NCBI GenBank assembly: GCA_976551045.1
Contig: CDPCPM010000241.1
Coordinates: 6,448,001-6,512,000 of the forward strand
Origin: Glaucostegus cemiculus
Taxonomy: Eukaryota
DNA length: 64,000 bases
Direction: 5' to 3'
Part shown: one piece after another, positions 36,817 to 48,855 of the stretch
Layout: every line of letters starts with the position of its first letter
How positions within the stretch are numbered: position 1 is the first letter of the stretch
Position numbers and translations under genes: made by a program
Notes under the pieces: model-generated
The model's database searches: none
The model's input: only the letters and a program-made list of their open reading frames with translations
Told to the model about the DNA's origin: nothing

Positions 36817-39186
36817 GGATGGCTTTTTGGAGCAACTTGTTGATGAGCCCACCAGGGGATCAGCTGTTTTGGATTGGGTGCTGCGTAACGAACCGGAGGC
36901 GATTAGGGAACTAAAGGTAAAGGAACCATTAGGAACTAGCGATCACAATACGATTGAGTTCAGTTTCAAATCTGAAAAGGAGAAGCTGATAGCAAATGTG
37001 TCAATATTTGAGTGGAACAAAGGAAATTACAGTGGCATGAGAGAGGAAGTGGCCCAAATTGATTGGAAAAGTAAGCTGGTTGGAGGGATGGCAGAGCAGA
37101 AATGGATGCAATTTCTACAAGAAATAAGGAAAATGCAGGGTGGATATATTCTATTATATATATTCTAAGATATATATTCTAAGAAAAATGGCACAAATGT
37201 GGATAATGAGAGAGGTGAAGGCTAAAATAAAAGCAAAAGGGAGGGCATACAAGGAAGCAAAAATTAGTGGTAAAACAGAAGACTGGGAAACTTCTTAAAA
37301 ATGTACAGAAAGAAACTTCTTAGTCATTAGGAAAGACCTTCTTAGTCATTAGGAAAGAAAAGGTGAATTATGAAAGGAAGTTGGCAGATAACATTTAAAA
37401 AAATAGTTTTTTTTAAATATATGAAGAGTAAAAGAGACATGGGTTGATATAGGACCAAATGAAAACGGTGCAGGAGAGGTTATAATGGATAACAAATATG
37501 GCAGAGGAACTAAGTGAGTATTTTGCATTGGTCTTCACTGTGGAGGACATCAGCAATATACTGGATAGTCAGGGGTCTAGAGAGAAGGTGCTCGGGAAGC
37601 TGAATGGACTAAAGACAGATAAGCCATACCAGATGAGGTGCACCCCCAGTTTCTTAAGGAGGTGGCTTCAGAGATTGCAGAGGCATTGGTGATAATTTTC
37701 CAGGAATCAATAGATTCCGGCATGGTTCCGGAGGACTGGAAGGTTGCAAATGTAGTTCTGCTGTATAAGAAGGTTGGGAGGCATTATAAAGGAAATTACA
37801 GACCTATTAGTCTGACATCAGTGGTGGGAAACTTATTGGAATCTATCCTCAGGGATGAGGTTATGGAATACCTAGAAGTGCAAGGCAAGATAGGCCCAAG
37901 CCAGCATGGTTTTGTGAAGGGAAGATCCTGTCTGATCCTGCCTGACCAACCTATTGGAGTCTTTTGAGGAAATCTCAGGTAGGGTGGAATAGGGAGAGGC
38001 TGTGGATGTCGTGTATTTAGACTTTCAAAAAACTTTGACAAGGTGCACCACAAGAGGCTGATTAACAAGATGAGAGCTCATGGAATTACAGGATAGGATA
38101 TTGGAATGGGTGGAGCATTGGCTGGTAGGCAGAAAGCAAAGGGTGGGAATAAAGGGATCCTGTTCTGGTTGGCTACCGGTTGCTAGTGGTGTTCCGCAGG
38201 GGTTGGTGTTGGGGCCACTTCTTTTTACTTTGTACATTAATGATCTGGATTATGGAGTAAATGGTTTTGTGACTAAGTTTGCAGACAACACCAAGATAGG
38301 TGGAGGAGTAGGGAGTATTGAAGAAATAGGAAGGTTGCAGAGAGACTTAGATAGTATAGGAGAATGGGCAAAGAAATGGCAGATGAGATTCAATGTTGAG
38401 AAATGTTCCGTTATACACTTTGGAAAAAGAAATAAATGGGCAGATTATTATCTAGATGGGGAGAAAATTCAAAGTACAGAAGTACAAAGAGGCTTGGGGG
38501 TACTTGTGCAGGATATCCTAAAGGTTAACCACCAGGTCAGATCAGCAGTAAGGAAAGCGAATGCTTTGTTAGCATTCATTTTGTGAGGTATAAAGTATAG
38601 AAGTAAGGAAGTGTTGATGAGGCTCTATGGGGCACTGGTGAGGCCTCATTTGGAGTACAGTGCACACTGTTGAGCCCCTTAGAAAGGATGTACTGATATC
38701 GGAGAGGGTTCAGAAAAGATTTAAGAGGATGATTCCCGGAATGAAAGGGCTTACATATGATGAGCATTTGTCGGCTGTTGGACTATTTATTGGAGTACTG
38801 AAGAATAAGAGGGGACCTCATAGAAACACTTAAAAGGACTGGACAGAGTAGATATTGTTAAGCTGTTTCCCCTGGTGGGTGAGTCCAGGACTAGAGGGCA
38901 CAATCTTAGAATTAGAGGATACCAGTTTAAAAACAGAAATGAGGAGAAATTTCTTTAGCCAGAGGGTAGTGAAATTATGGACTTCTTTGCCACGTACAGC
39001 TGTGGAGGCCCAATCACTGGGGCATTTAAGGAGGCGATTGATAGGTATCTAATTAGTCAAGGTATCAAGGGATATGGGGCTAAGGCCAGAAATTGGGGCT
39101 AGATAGAAATAGTATTAGTTTAGCTCATAGAGCAGGCTCAATGGGCTGAATGGCCTGCTTCTGCTCCCTTGTCTTGTGATTTTGAG
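36817..39186 (+). mobile_element. 5'-truncated CR1 LINE (family Y) inserted in Rex1
   Basis: LGTSDHN (EN), GNYRPISLTSVVG, SQHGFVKGRSC, SGVPQGLVLGPLLFTLYINDL, KFADNTKIGG; frameshifted; AGTG at both junctions. Confidence 0.93.
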
Positions 39187-39732
39187 AGTGTACAGGAATG
39201 AGAGAGAACACCTAGTTGAGTGGTGCCACAGCAACAACCTCTCACTTATCTTCAACAAAACCAAGGAACTAATTGTTTACTTCAGAAAGGGGAAGTCGGG
39301 AGACCACGGGCCAGTTTTTATTGGTGGTGTGGTAATGGAGAGAGTTAACAACTTCAAATTCATGAACGTTAATATCTCGAATGAACTGTTCTGGGTCCAG
39401 CATATAGATGTCATCACAAAGAAGGCATGGAACACCTCATCTTTCCTAGAAGTTTGAGATTCAGCATGCCACCAAACTCCAACAAACTTTTACAGATGCA
39501 CTGTAGAAAATATCCTCACTGGTTGTATCATGGCCTGATAGGGCACTTCCAATGCACAGGTACTCGAGGCTGCTGACAGTAGTGGACAGAGCCTGGTCCT
39601 TCACAGGCATGGCCCTCCCCACCGCTGACGGCATCTACAGGAGGCACTGCCTCAAGAAGGCAACATCTGTCATCGAGGATCCCCACTATCTGGACCGTGC
39701 CTGCATTTCGCTGCTACCGTCAGGCAGGAGGC

Positions 39733-39865
39733 TAAACGTGGAACAGTATAGCACAGGAACAGACCCTTCGGCCCACAATATCTACTCTGAACATGATGCT
39801 GAATTAAATTAAATCTCTTCTGCCTGTACTTGATTTGTACCTCTCCATTCCCCGAATATTCATGT
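39733..39865 (-). mobile_element. Short CR1-type 3' tail inserted in Rex1
   Basis: AACAGTATAGCACAGGAACAGACCCTTCGGCCCACAAT reverse tail interrupting the LPSGRR|YRSLKSH segment of Rex1. Confidence 0.75.
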
Positions 39866-40654
39866 ATACAGAAGCCAGAGTACAGATACAGAAGTCTCAA
39901 GTCCCACACCACTAAGCTGAGGAACAGCTACTTTCCTAGAGCCATCAGGTTCTTGAACTGACCTGCACAACCCTAATCTTACCTCAGCAGCAGAACATTA
40001 CAGATCATCTCTTGCACTACATGGATTTGTTTCTAATTGTTTTTTTTGTGTTAATATCTTGTTTTTCACAGCCTTTTTCTTCACTGTTCTGTATAATTTA
40101 TGTACAATTTATTTTTCTGTATATTGTCTGAATCTGTGTGCCCATGATGCTGCTGAAAGCAAGTTTTTCATTGTACCTCACTGTGCTTGTGTATATTACA
40201 CTAACCTCAACTTGGAATTGGGACCACCACAGTCAAGGCTGATGCTGTTCTTGCTAGGATACACTAATGTTACTTATGGCTGATTGTACTTTTCCCTGGC
40301 TCAAGATTACAAAGTTCCTTTATTTCTATTTGAATTTGCCCAGGGATTGAATGGGGGAAATTGTCTGTCTATGTGGATCCCTGCCACACATCTTTATAGT
40401 CACTGATTAAAATTGTTGGTGCAGGGGGATTTTTTTTTAAGTTTTTCAGGTTTTTTTCTATTTTGTGTTAGCCATCTTATCTCCAGTGCATTAGCTAGAA
40501 ACTTAAAAACATTTGTAAATGACATATTTTTATATTTAAAGTAAGGAGAGCAATCCATTTTTTTCCCTAGGTTTGGATAACATTCTGTCCACCACAAAGC
40601 TGGTTTTAATAAATATAGAACACCAGAAACTGAAGCAATTTCTCAGGAACATTA

Positions 40655-40805
40655 CAGAATCAGATTTATTATCACTGACATAGGACATGAAATGTGTTGT
40701 TTTGTGGCAGCAGTACCGTGCAAAGACATAAAAATCTATAAATTTCAAAATAAATAAAGAGTGCAAGAAAAGGAATAATGTGGTAGTGTTCATGGGTTTA
40801 TGGAT
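40655..40805 (-). mobile_element. Rex1-like LINE 3' tail
   Basis: AGAATCAGATTTATTATCACTGACA..CATGAAAT.TGTTGTTTTGTGGCAGCAGTAC. Confidence 0.55.
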
Positions 40806-42002
40806 CTAAAAGAATATTAAATGAGGATGTTTGCTAAAGTCAGATTAGCCAGGTCAAGGATTGTCAAATGGGAAACACTATTCCCAGCAAGAGTATATTA
40901 ATGCTTTTGATAATCTAACTACCTCTCATCACCTGCTCTGAATGTTTTACTTGGCATTGGGTGCACTGGGATTTGCAACTATGATCTGGCAAGATGCCAG
41001 ATATCTGGAGACAGGCCTGATGGATGCATAATTTGGAACAGATCTTTTCTGATTATGTACCTGATTTAGTGGCTATCACAAGAATCTTTTCAAACCCAAA
41101 TTAATTAAGATGTATCCTCTTGGGCACCAGATAGGAAATATTTTTCCTCACAGCTTGTAGTGACTGTGTTTTATGAAAAAGGAACTGTATTCTAGGCTCT
41201 CTTTCTGACACAGTTTCCTCATCTTCTCTTTCTTTAGGTTAATCACTTTGTTTTTGATGTCTATCAGTCTTCCCCTTATTTTTTTCTCGTGATCTTTTTT
41301 TATGAACTTTACTTTTCCTTTTTTTAAACTTGCATTACTATTAAAAGGAATATTTGACATTGATTCATGGATGATATCAATTCTTTCAAAAAACCTTTCT
41401 TGCCTTTGTGATATTTCTAAAAGCAGTATTGTTATTGATGTTGTTTAAATTTCTGATTAGGATATAGTGAAGTTTGATTGAGAATAAAGCACTGCCTTCC
41501 TTTTTAATTAAATCAACTGCATTGATTCTTACATCTTTCCCTCTTTCATCCTTCCCCTCCCAACAATTCTGTATATGCACACGTAGTGCAGTTTTGAGGA
41601 GCTCCTTATTTTTGAATTAGCTATATTACCAATAACTGTTATCTGTGGTGAATTAGCAAATAGCAACTGTTTCAATTCACTTTCAATTTCTGCCATTATC
41701 TCCTCTGTGCTGTACAAAGTGACAGCAGACATATTCTCAATTCCCCTCTTATAGACTGCTTTAAATTTACTCTCTTTACTAGTATTTCTTTCCTGCATTC
41801 ATTCCTTGATTGGCTAAAGGAAATACCATTTGGAAGAATGATTTAAAAAAAATATCAATGCCAAGTGACAAGTGACAAGAACAAAGTTAGTTCCTGTATT
41901 CTAAGCCATGTTTTGATAGTCCAGAAGTTAGTAGACCTAGGTCTTTTAAGTGCTGCTGCAGTTATATTAAAGGTTTTTCTTATGTTTGTGTTTCTTTTGC
42001 AG

Positions 42003-42163
42003 ATCTCTGAAGCTATTGAACTGTTACAAATAGCTCTTAAACTCAGGAATGATGACATGCATTCTCTCCATTTATTGGCACTTCTGTTTTCTGCTCAAAA
42101 ACACTACCAACAGTCCTTGGAGGTTATTGACATGGCAATCAACGAATACCCAGAAAACTTCAG
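42003..42163 (+). CDS. TTC7A: TTC7A internal coding exon (161 nt, phase 0-2)
   Basis: ttcttttgcag|ATC...TTCAG|gtatac; [56 protein letters not shown] motif [12 protein letters not shown]. Confidence 0.95.
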
Positions 42164-42729
42164 GTATACTCTTTCATATTTGTGGGCATTTGTCCATTAT
42201 CTGTGATTGATATCTTCCCTCGTAATTATCAGTGGTAACTAGGAGCCATGGCTTAATCAGGGCCAAAGTGGATTTCATCCTGAAAGTAATAATTTATATA
42301 ACATGTAAGAGTAGTACAAGACATGGCATATGAGTATGCAATGTTTGCGAGAAACAGGTGATGCACTAGGGCTGTTGTGGAGATACATTGCCACATTGGA
42401 TGACACTGGCAGGATGACAGAAGACAAACTAGGTGCACTTGGCTTTTTTGTTTAGCAATTAGTGTACTCCCTCTGTATTTTCTTCTGTACATTATGCTAA
42501 CAGGCAAATGAACAGAGGACTTTCTTCCCCCCTTCCTGCCATTCTCCATTTATTGTAAAATTCCAAGTTTACTTTTTCAATTCTGTTAATTATACACCTC
42601 TGATTTAAGTCTGAAAAGTCTGGATTTTCATTCACAAGAGTTCATGGCACTTGCAATGTGACTTCTAGCCCTACCTTTCACTTGAATGTTGTGTCAGTAG
42701 ATACTGGGCACAATTTTCAATTTCCTCAT

Positions 42730-43072
42730 TTAGAAGGAAGCCTTTCGGCCCATTGAACCTATGCCAGCTCTCAGAGAAATACCAACTATCACATTCCCCC
42801 CAGTTGTTTCCCTGTAACCTATTCTCCCTCTCATCTTCAGCAGCTTCCCCCTGATTCTCCTACCACTTACCCACACACTAGGGGTAATTTAAAGTTGGCA
42901 TTTAACCTGCCACCAGTGTGTCTTTGGGATATGGGAAGAAACTGGAGCACAGTCATGGAGGAAACCCACAGGCAGACTCTGCAATCTCCACACTGACAGC
43001 ATTCAAGAGCAGGTCCAAATCTAGGTTACAGGACCTGTAAGTCAGCAGCTCTACCATATGGGCCACTGTATG
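42730..43072 (-). mobile_element. V-SINE
   Basis: CR1-type tail GCCTTTCGGCCCATTGA; reverse V core TCTTTGGGATATGGGAAGAAACTGGAGCAC..GGAGGAAACCCAC; tRNA-like head near 43000-43070. Confidence 0.75.
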
Positions 43073-45453
43073 GCCTGATGCAATGGTACCATCCAACTAG
43101 AACATAACACAGTACAGGCCCTTTGGCCCACAATGTTGTGCCAACATTTTATCATGCTCTAAGATCTATCTAACCCTTCCCTTCCCTTCCATATAGCCCT
43201 CCATTTTTCTGTCATTCAGGTGTCTATCTAAGAGTCTCTTAGTCTCTTAAATGTCCCTAATATATCTGCCTCTGCCAGCACCCCTGGCAGCGGATTTCAC
43301 ACACTCTGCAAAAAAAAACTTACCTCTGACATCCCCCTTATATTTTCTCCCAATCACCTTAAAATTATGTCCCCTCGTGTTAGCCATTCTCATGCTGGGA
43401 AAACATCTGACTATTCACTCAATCTATGCCTCTCATCATCTTGTACACCTCTATCAAGTCACCTCTCATCCTCCTTCGCTCAAAAGAGAAAAGCCCTAGC
43501 TTGCTCAACCTACGCTCATAAGATATACTCTCCAATCCAGGCAGCGTCCTGGCAAGTCTCCTCTGCACCCTCTCTAAAGTTTCTGCATCCTTCCTAATGA
43601 GGTGACCAGAACTGAACACAATACTCCAAATGTGGTCTAACCAGAGTTTTATAGAGCTGCAACATTACCTTGTGGCTCTTGAACTCAATACCCTGGCTAA
43701 TGAAAGCCAACGCACCATACACTTTCTTAACAACCCTATTGACTTGTGTAGCAACTTTGAGGTATCTATGGACGTGGACCCAAAGATCGCTCTGTTCCTC
43801 CACTGCTAAGAATCCTGCCATTAACCTTGTATTCTGCCTTCAAATTCAATCTTCCAAAGTGTATCACTTCACACTTTTCCAGGTTGAACTCCATCTACTA
43901 CTTCTCAGCCTAGCTCTGCATCCTATCAATGCCCTGTTATAACCTACAGCAACCTTCTACACCATCCACAACACTTCCAATCCTCATGTCATCTGTAAAC
44001 TTACTAACCCACCCTTCCACATCCTCATCCAAGTCATTTGTATTAAAGAAAGCCAAAGAGCAGGGGTCCCAGAACAAATCCCTGCGGAACACCACTGGTC
44101 ACTGACCTTCAGTCAGAATAGGCTCCGTCTACAACCACCCTCTGTCTTCTATGGGTGAGCCAATTCTGAATCCACACAACTTAAGTATCCCTGGATCCCA
44201 TGCCTCTTGGCTTTCTGAATGAGCCTTCCATGAGGAACCTTATCAAACACCTTACTAAAATCCATGTACACCACATCCACTGTTCTACCTTCAATGTGAG
44301 TTGTTACATCCTCAAAGAATTCACTCAGGCTTATGAGGCACAACCTGCCCCCTCACAAAACTATGCTGACTGTCCCTAATCAGCCTATACTTCTCAATGC
44401 CTATAAATCCTGTCTCTAAGAATCTTCTCCAGTAATTTGCCTACCACTGAAGTAAGGCTTACTGGCCTGTAATTCCCAGGGTGGTCCCTACTCCTTTCTT
44501 GAGCAAAGGAACAATATTTTCCACCCTCCAATCATCTGGCATTACTCCTGTGACCAGTGAGAACACAAAGATCATCGCCAAAGGTGCAGCAATCTCTCCC
44601 CTTGCTTCCCGTAAAAACCTTGGATCTGTCCCGTCCGGCCCCTGTGACTTATCTGTCCTAATGTTTTTCAAGAGTTCCAGTACATCCTCTTTCTTCCTGT
44701 CAGCATGCCCTAACCTATCAGCCTGTTATACACCATCCTCACAAACATCAAGGTCTCTCTCTCTCACTGGTGAGTACTGAAGCAAGGTATTCATTAATGA
44801 CCTCCCGTACCTCTTCTGACTCCAGGTACATGTTTCCTCTTTTATCCCTGATCAGTCCTACCCTCACTCTAGTCATCCTCCGGTTCTTGGGGTTTTCCTT
44901 ATTCTACTTGCCAAGGCCTTTTCTTGCCCCCTTCTAGCTCTCCTAAGTCCATTTTTAAGCTCCCTCCTGCTTCCTTGTAACTCTCCAGAGCCCTGTCTGA
45001 TCTTTACTTTCTAAACCTTAGGTAAGCTTCTTTCTTCCTCTTGACAAGATATTCTACATCTCTTGTCAACCATGCTTCCTTCTCTCTACCATCCTTACTC
45101 TGCCTCAATGGGACAAATCTATCCAGAACTATATGCAAATACTCCCTAAACAACCTTCACATTTCCATTGTGTACTTCCTCAAGAACATCTGTTCCCAAT
45201 ATACACTCCCAAGTTGCTGCCTAATAGCATCATAATTCCCCCTCCCCCAATTAAATACTTCCCCATATCATCTGCTCCTATCCCTCTCCAAGGCTATGGT
45301 AAAGGTCAAGGAGTTATGGTCACTGTCTCCAAAATGCTCTCCCACTGAGAGATCTGAAACCTGATCAGGCTCATTGCCTAGTACCAGGTCCTGAATGGCC
45401 TCTTCTCTGGTCAGCCTGTCCAAATACTGTGTCAAGAATCCTTCTTGGACACA

Positions 45454-45833
45454 AGATCACAAGACAAAAGGAGCAGAAGTAGGCCATTTGAGTCTGCTCT
45501 GCCACTTCACCACAAGCTAAGCTATTCTCCTATCTAGCCCCAATTCCTAGCCTTCCCCCCCAATATCCTTGATACCCTGACTAATTAGATACCTATCAAT
45601 CTCCTCCTTAAACACCCCCAATGATTGGGCCTCCACAGCTGTATGTGGCAACAAATTCCATAAATCCACAACCCTCTGGCTAAAGAAATTTCTACCTTTA
45701 AATGGGTACCCTCTAATTCTAAGACTGTGCCCTCTTGGCCTGAACTCACCCACCAATCACTTAGCCACATCTACTCTGTCCAATCCTTTCAACATCAAAG
45801 ATGTTTCTATGAGGTCCCCTCTCATTCTTCTAT
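45454..45833 (-). mobile_element. CR1 family Y 3' end nested in CR1 family X
   Basis: Reverse complement of about 38800-39186; flanked by an ACACA duplication (45449-45453 and 45834-45838). Confidence 0.88.
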
Positions 45834-46738
45834 ACACACCTAACAAACTCTGCCCCATCTATCCCCTTTACACCAAGGAGCTGCCAATCAGTATAAGGGA
45901 AGTTTAAATCACCCATGACAACAACCCTGTTATTTTTGCACCTATCCAAAAATCTGCCTCCCAATCTGTTCCTCAGTGTCTCTGATGCTATTGGGGGGGT
46001 CTGTAGAATGCTCCCAGTAGAGTGATCGCTCCCCTCCTGTTTCTAACTTCCACTAACACTGACTCAGTAGATGATCCCTCCAGGATGTCTTCCCTTTCTA
46101 CAGTTATGATACTGTCCCTAATCAGCAACGCCACTCCCCCATCTCTTTTAAATCCATCCCTGTCCCTTTTGAAACATCTAAGCCCCAGAATATCCAGCAG
46201 CCATTTCTGCCCTTATGACAGCCAAGTCTCTGTAATGGCCACAATGTCATAGTTCCATGTACTGACCTATGCTCTAAATTCATCACCCTTGTTCCTGATA
46301 CTTCTCGTATTAAAGTAGACACACTTCAGCCCATTCAGCTGACTGCAATTTTGCTCATTCAACTGCCTATCCTTCCTCAGTCTTTTCACACTCTGTGTCT
46401 GCTTGTACACAGAATGCACCAACCTCTGACCTGTCACTCTGGTTCCCATCCCTGCCACACTAGTTTAAACCCATGCCAACAGCTTTAGAAAACCCAGCCA
46501 GCAAGAATATTGCTCCTCCTCCAGCTCCGGTGTAACCCATCCCTTTTGTACACCTTCTACCAGAAGACATACCAATGATCAATAAATCTGAAACCCTGCC
46601 CCCTGCAACTCTTCAGCCACAAATTCAGCTGCCAAATCAACCCATTCTTACCCTCATTGGCATGTGGCACAGGCAGGAATCCAGAGATTACTACCCGAGG
46701 TCCTGCATTTCAGCTTCCCACCTAGCTCCCCATGTATA

Positions 46739-46988
46739 GGGCAGCATGGTAGCGTAGCGGTTAGTGCACGCTATTACAGCGCCAGCGATCGGGGTTCGAT
46801 TCCTGTCGCTGTCTGCAAGGAGTTTGTATGTTCTCCTGTGTCTGCATGGGTTTCCTCTGGGTGCTCCGGTTTCCTCCCACATTTCAAAGATGTATGGGTA
46901 GGTTAATTTGGGTTTAAAACGGGCGTCGTGGACTCATTGGGCTGGATGGGCCTGTTACCACGCTGTAAATAAAGTTTAAAAAAAAAAA
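46739..46988 (+). mobile_element. Young full-length tRNA-derived V-SINE (HE1-like) nested in CR1 ORF1
   Basis: A box TAGCGTAGCGG (46750-46760); B box GGTTCGATTCC (46793-46803); V core GGGTTTCCTCTGGGTGCTCCGGTTTCCTCCCACA; CR1-like tail, AATAAA and an A run. Confidence 0.9.
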
Positions 46989-47569
46989 TTCCCTCTTCAG
47001 GATCGCATCCCTTTTCCTACCTGTGTCATTGGTACCAATATGTATCATGACCTCTGGCTGTTTGTCCTCCCCCTTCAGATTGTTGTGGACCCAATCCAAG
47101 ACATCCCTGACCCTGGCACCCAGGAGGCAACATACCATCCAGGAGTCTCTTTCACATCCACTGAATCTCATGTCTACCCCCCCCTTACTATTGAGTTTCC
47201 CTATAACTTTCCTCTCCCCCTCCTCCCCCCCCCCATTACCAGGTATGAGTCTTCCAAACCACCTATTGAAAAATTTGCACCTGGAGTTTCTGCTTGGCTA
47301 ATTAGTATGTGGACTTCCCTGAGAGGCATGAATCCCTATTAATCCAGTTTCAGAAAGTTGCTATACAGTTTAGGGGCATGGACTACTGTGGGGAGGGGGA
47401 TTAGGGAAGAGGGCAGGTTAATAACTAAAACTGTATGGTTTAGTGGTAAGCTCCTCACTGCTTGTCTAGATAGAAACACCCTACCCAGAATGTGTAGTCT
47501 CCTAATTCTGTGTTGCAGTGAGAGAGCTCTCTCTCCAGTATTGATTTATAAACCAGACTGGGAAATATG

Positions 47570-48855
47570 ACATTCTTTTTCAAGAAAGGGTAAGGACATT
47601 CTATAACTGCTGGATAGTCACTTTAATGTCAATGATGAATAAGATTTTAGAAACAATAATCAGGGAGAAATATAACAAGTACTTTGCGAAGTTTGTGTTA
47701 ATTAAGGTGAGCCAACTTAGACTTGTAAAGGGCAGATCATGTTTGACTAACCTAATTGAATTTTCAGATGAAGTAACAGAGAAGGTTGATAAGGGGAATG
47801 CAGCGGATGTTGTCTGTATGGATTTTTAAAAGGAGTTTGACAAAGTATCACATAAAAGGCAGGTTAATTAAATTGGGGCCCATAGAATGGGAGAGTCATT
47901 GTCAACTTCCATTTAAATGAAATGACACAAGGACAGAGACAGTGAGTCATGGTAATTGTTTTTCAGGCTGGAGGATGGTAGACTGTGGTGTTCCCTGGGA
48001 GTCAGTGCTGCGGACTACAGTTTGTTTTTGGGTACATATAAATTTCTTGAATATTGAAATACTGAGTAAAATTTCAGTATTGGAAATATGGTACACAGTG
48101 AGAACAATACCATAGCCTGGTGGAATGAGCAGACGAATGACATATGGAATTTAATAAATGTATTAGGTGATACCTTTTGACATGTGATGGAGAGAGTCAA
48201 TAGAGATTTAGTGGCACCATTCTAAGTGTGAAGCAACAGAGGGACCTGGGGATTTATGTGCAATGACCCTGGAAGGAGGCAGGGCATACTGAATGACTAA
48301 TTAGCAAAGCATGTGGGATCCTGGGTTTCGTAAATAAAGGTATTAAGTACAAAAGCAGGGAAGGTGAAAAGATCACAACTAAAGTGCTGTTTGCAGTTTT
48401 GAGTAGGCATGCCAAGGTCCTGGAGAGAGTACAGAGAAGATTTATCAGAATGGTTCCAGAGTTAGAGAAATTGGGATTATTCTGCTTGGAGTAAAGGAGG
48501 TTGAAGAAAAATAAAGGGGTACAAGATTATGATAGGTTTGGATAAAGTTGACAAACAAAAGCTGTTCCCATTATCCTAGGATGAAAGTAGATAACAGATG
48601 GTACAAGAATTACAGGCACAGATTTAAAGTTTTAGGCAAGAGATACACAAGGCATATAAGGAATTATGCTTTGAATGTAGCGAGTGGTGATGACTCAGAA
48701 TTCTTAGTCAAAAATTGCGGAAGGAAATTGGATAACCACACTTGGATAGCCAAAATGTATCTGCAGATCCACAGGAATGGACCAGCTGGATGGCTATATG
48801 GAGAATTGGAAATGGACTGATAGATTAAATGGCCTCCACCTGTGCTGTTATAACC
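47570..48855 (+). mobile_element. Decayed CR1 ORF2 and 3' tail
   Basis: VKGRSCLTNLIEFSDEVTEKVDKGNAADVVCMDF; GVP..SVL; tail TAAATGGCCTCCACCTGTGCTGT. Confidence 0.85.

Larger units (their letters stand above)
35655..40215 (+). mobile_element. Rex1/Babar LINE (RT to 3' UTR) split by three younger insertions
   Basis: KASNPDDVPG..LK; IALTSTVMKCFKRLV; [19 protein letters not shown]; [22 protein letters not shown]; LVEWCHSNNLSL..NKTKELIV; LLPSGRR. Confidence 0.9.
43098..47210 (-). mobile_element. Long CR1 LINE (family X): ORF1 esterase, EN, RT and tail, with two nested insertions
   Basis: VMIHIGTNDTGRKRD (esterase); LKCVYFNTRSIRNKGDEFRA (EN start); VDVVYMDFSKVFDKVPHGRL; LYKTLVRPHLEYCVQFWSPH; RRMRGDLIEVYKMMRGID; many frameshifts. 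Confidence 0.93.

Noticed and set aside
42164-42175. Donor GTATACTCTTT resembling a U12 5' splice site
   Set aside because: GTATAC is not GTATCC, and the acceptor at 62590 has an ordinary pyrimidine tract with no U12 branch point
46739-46810. tRNA-like A and B boxes
   Set aside because: Head of a V-SINE continuing into the V core and tail; not a tRNA gene
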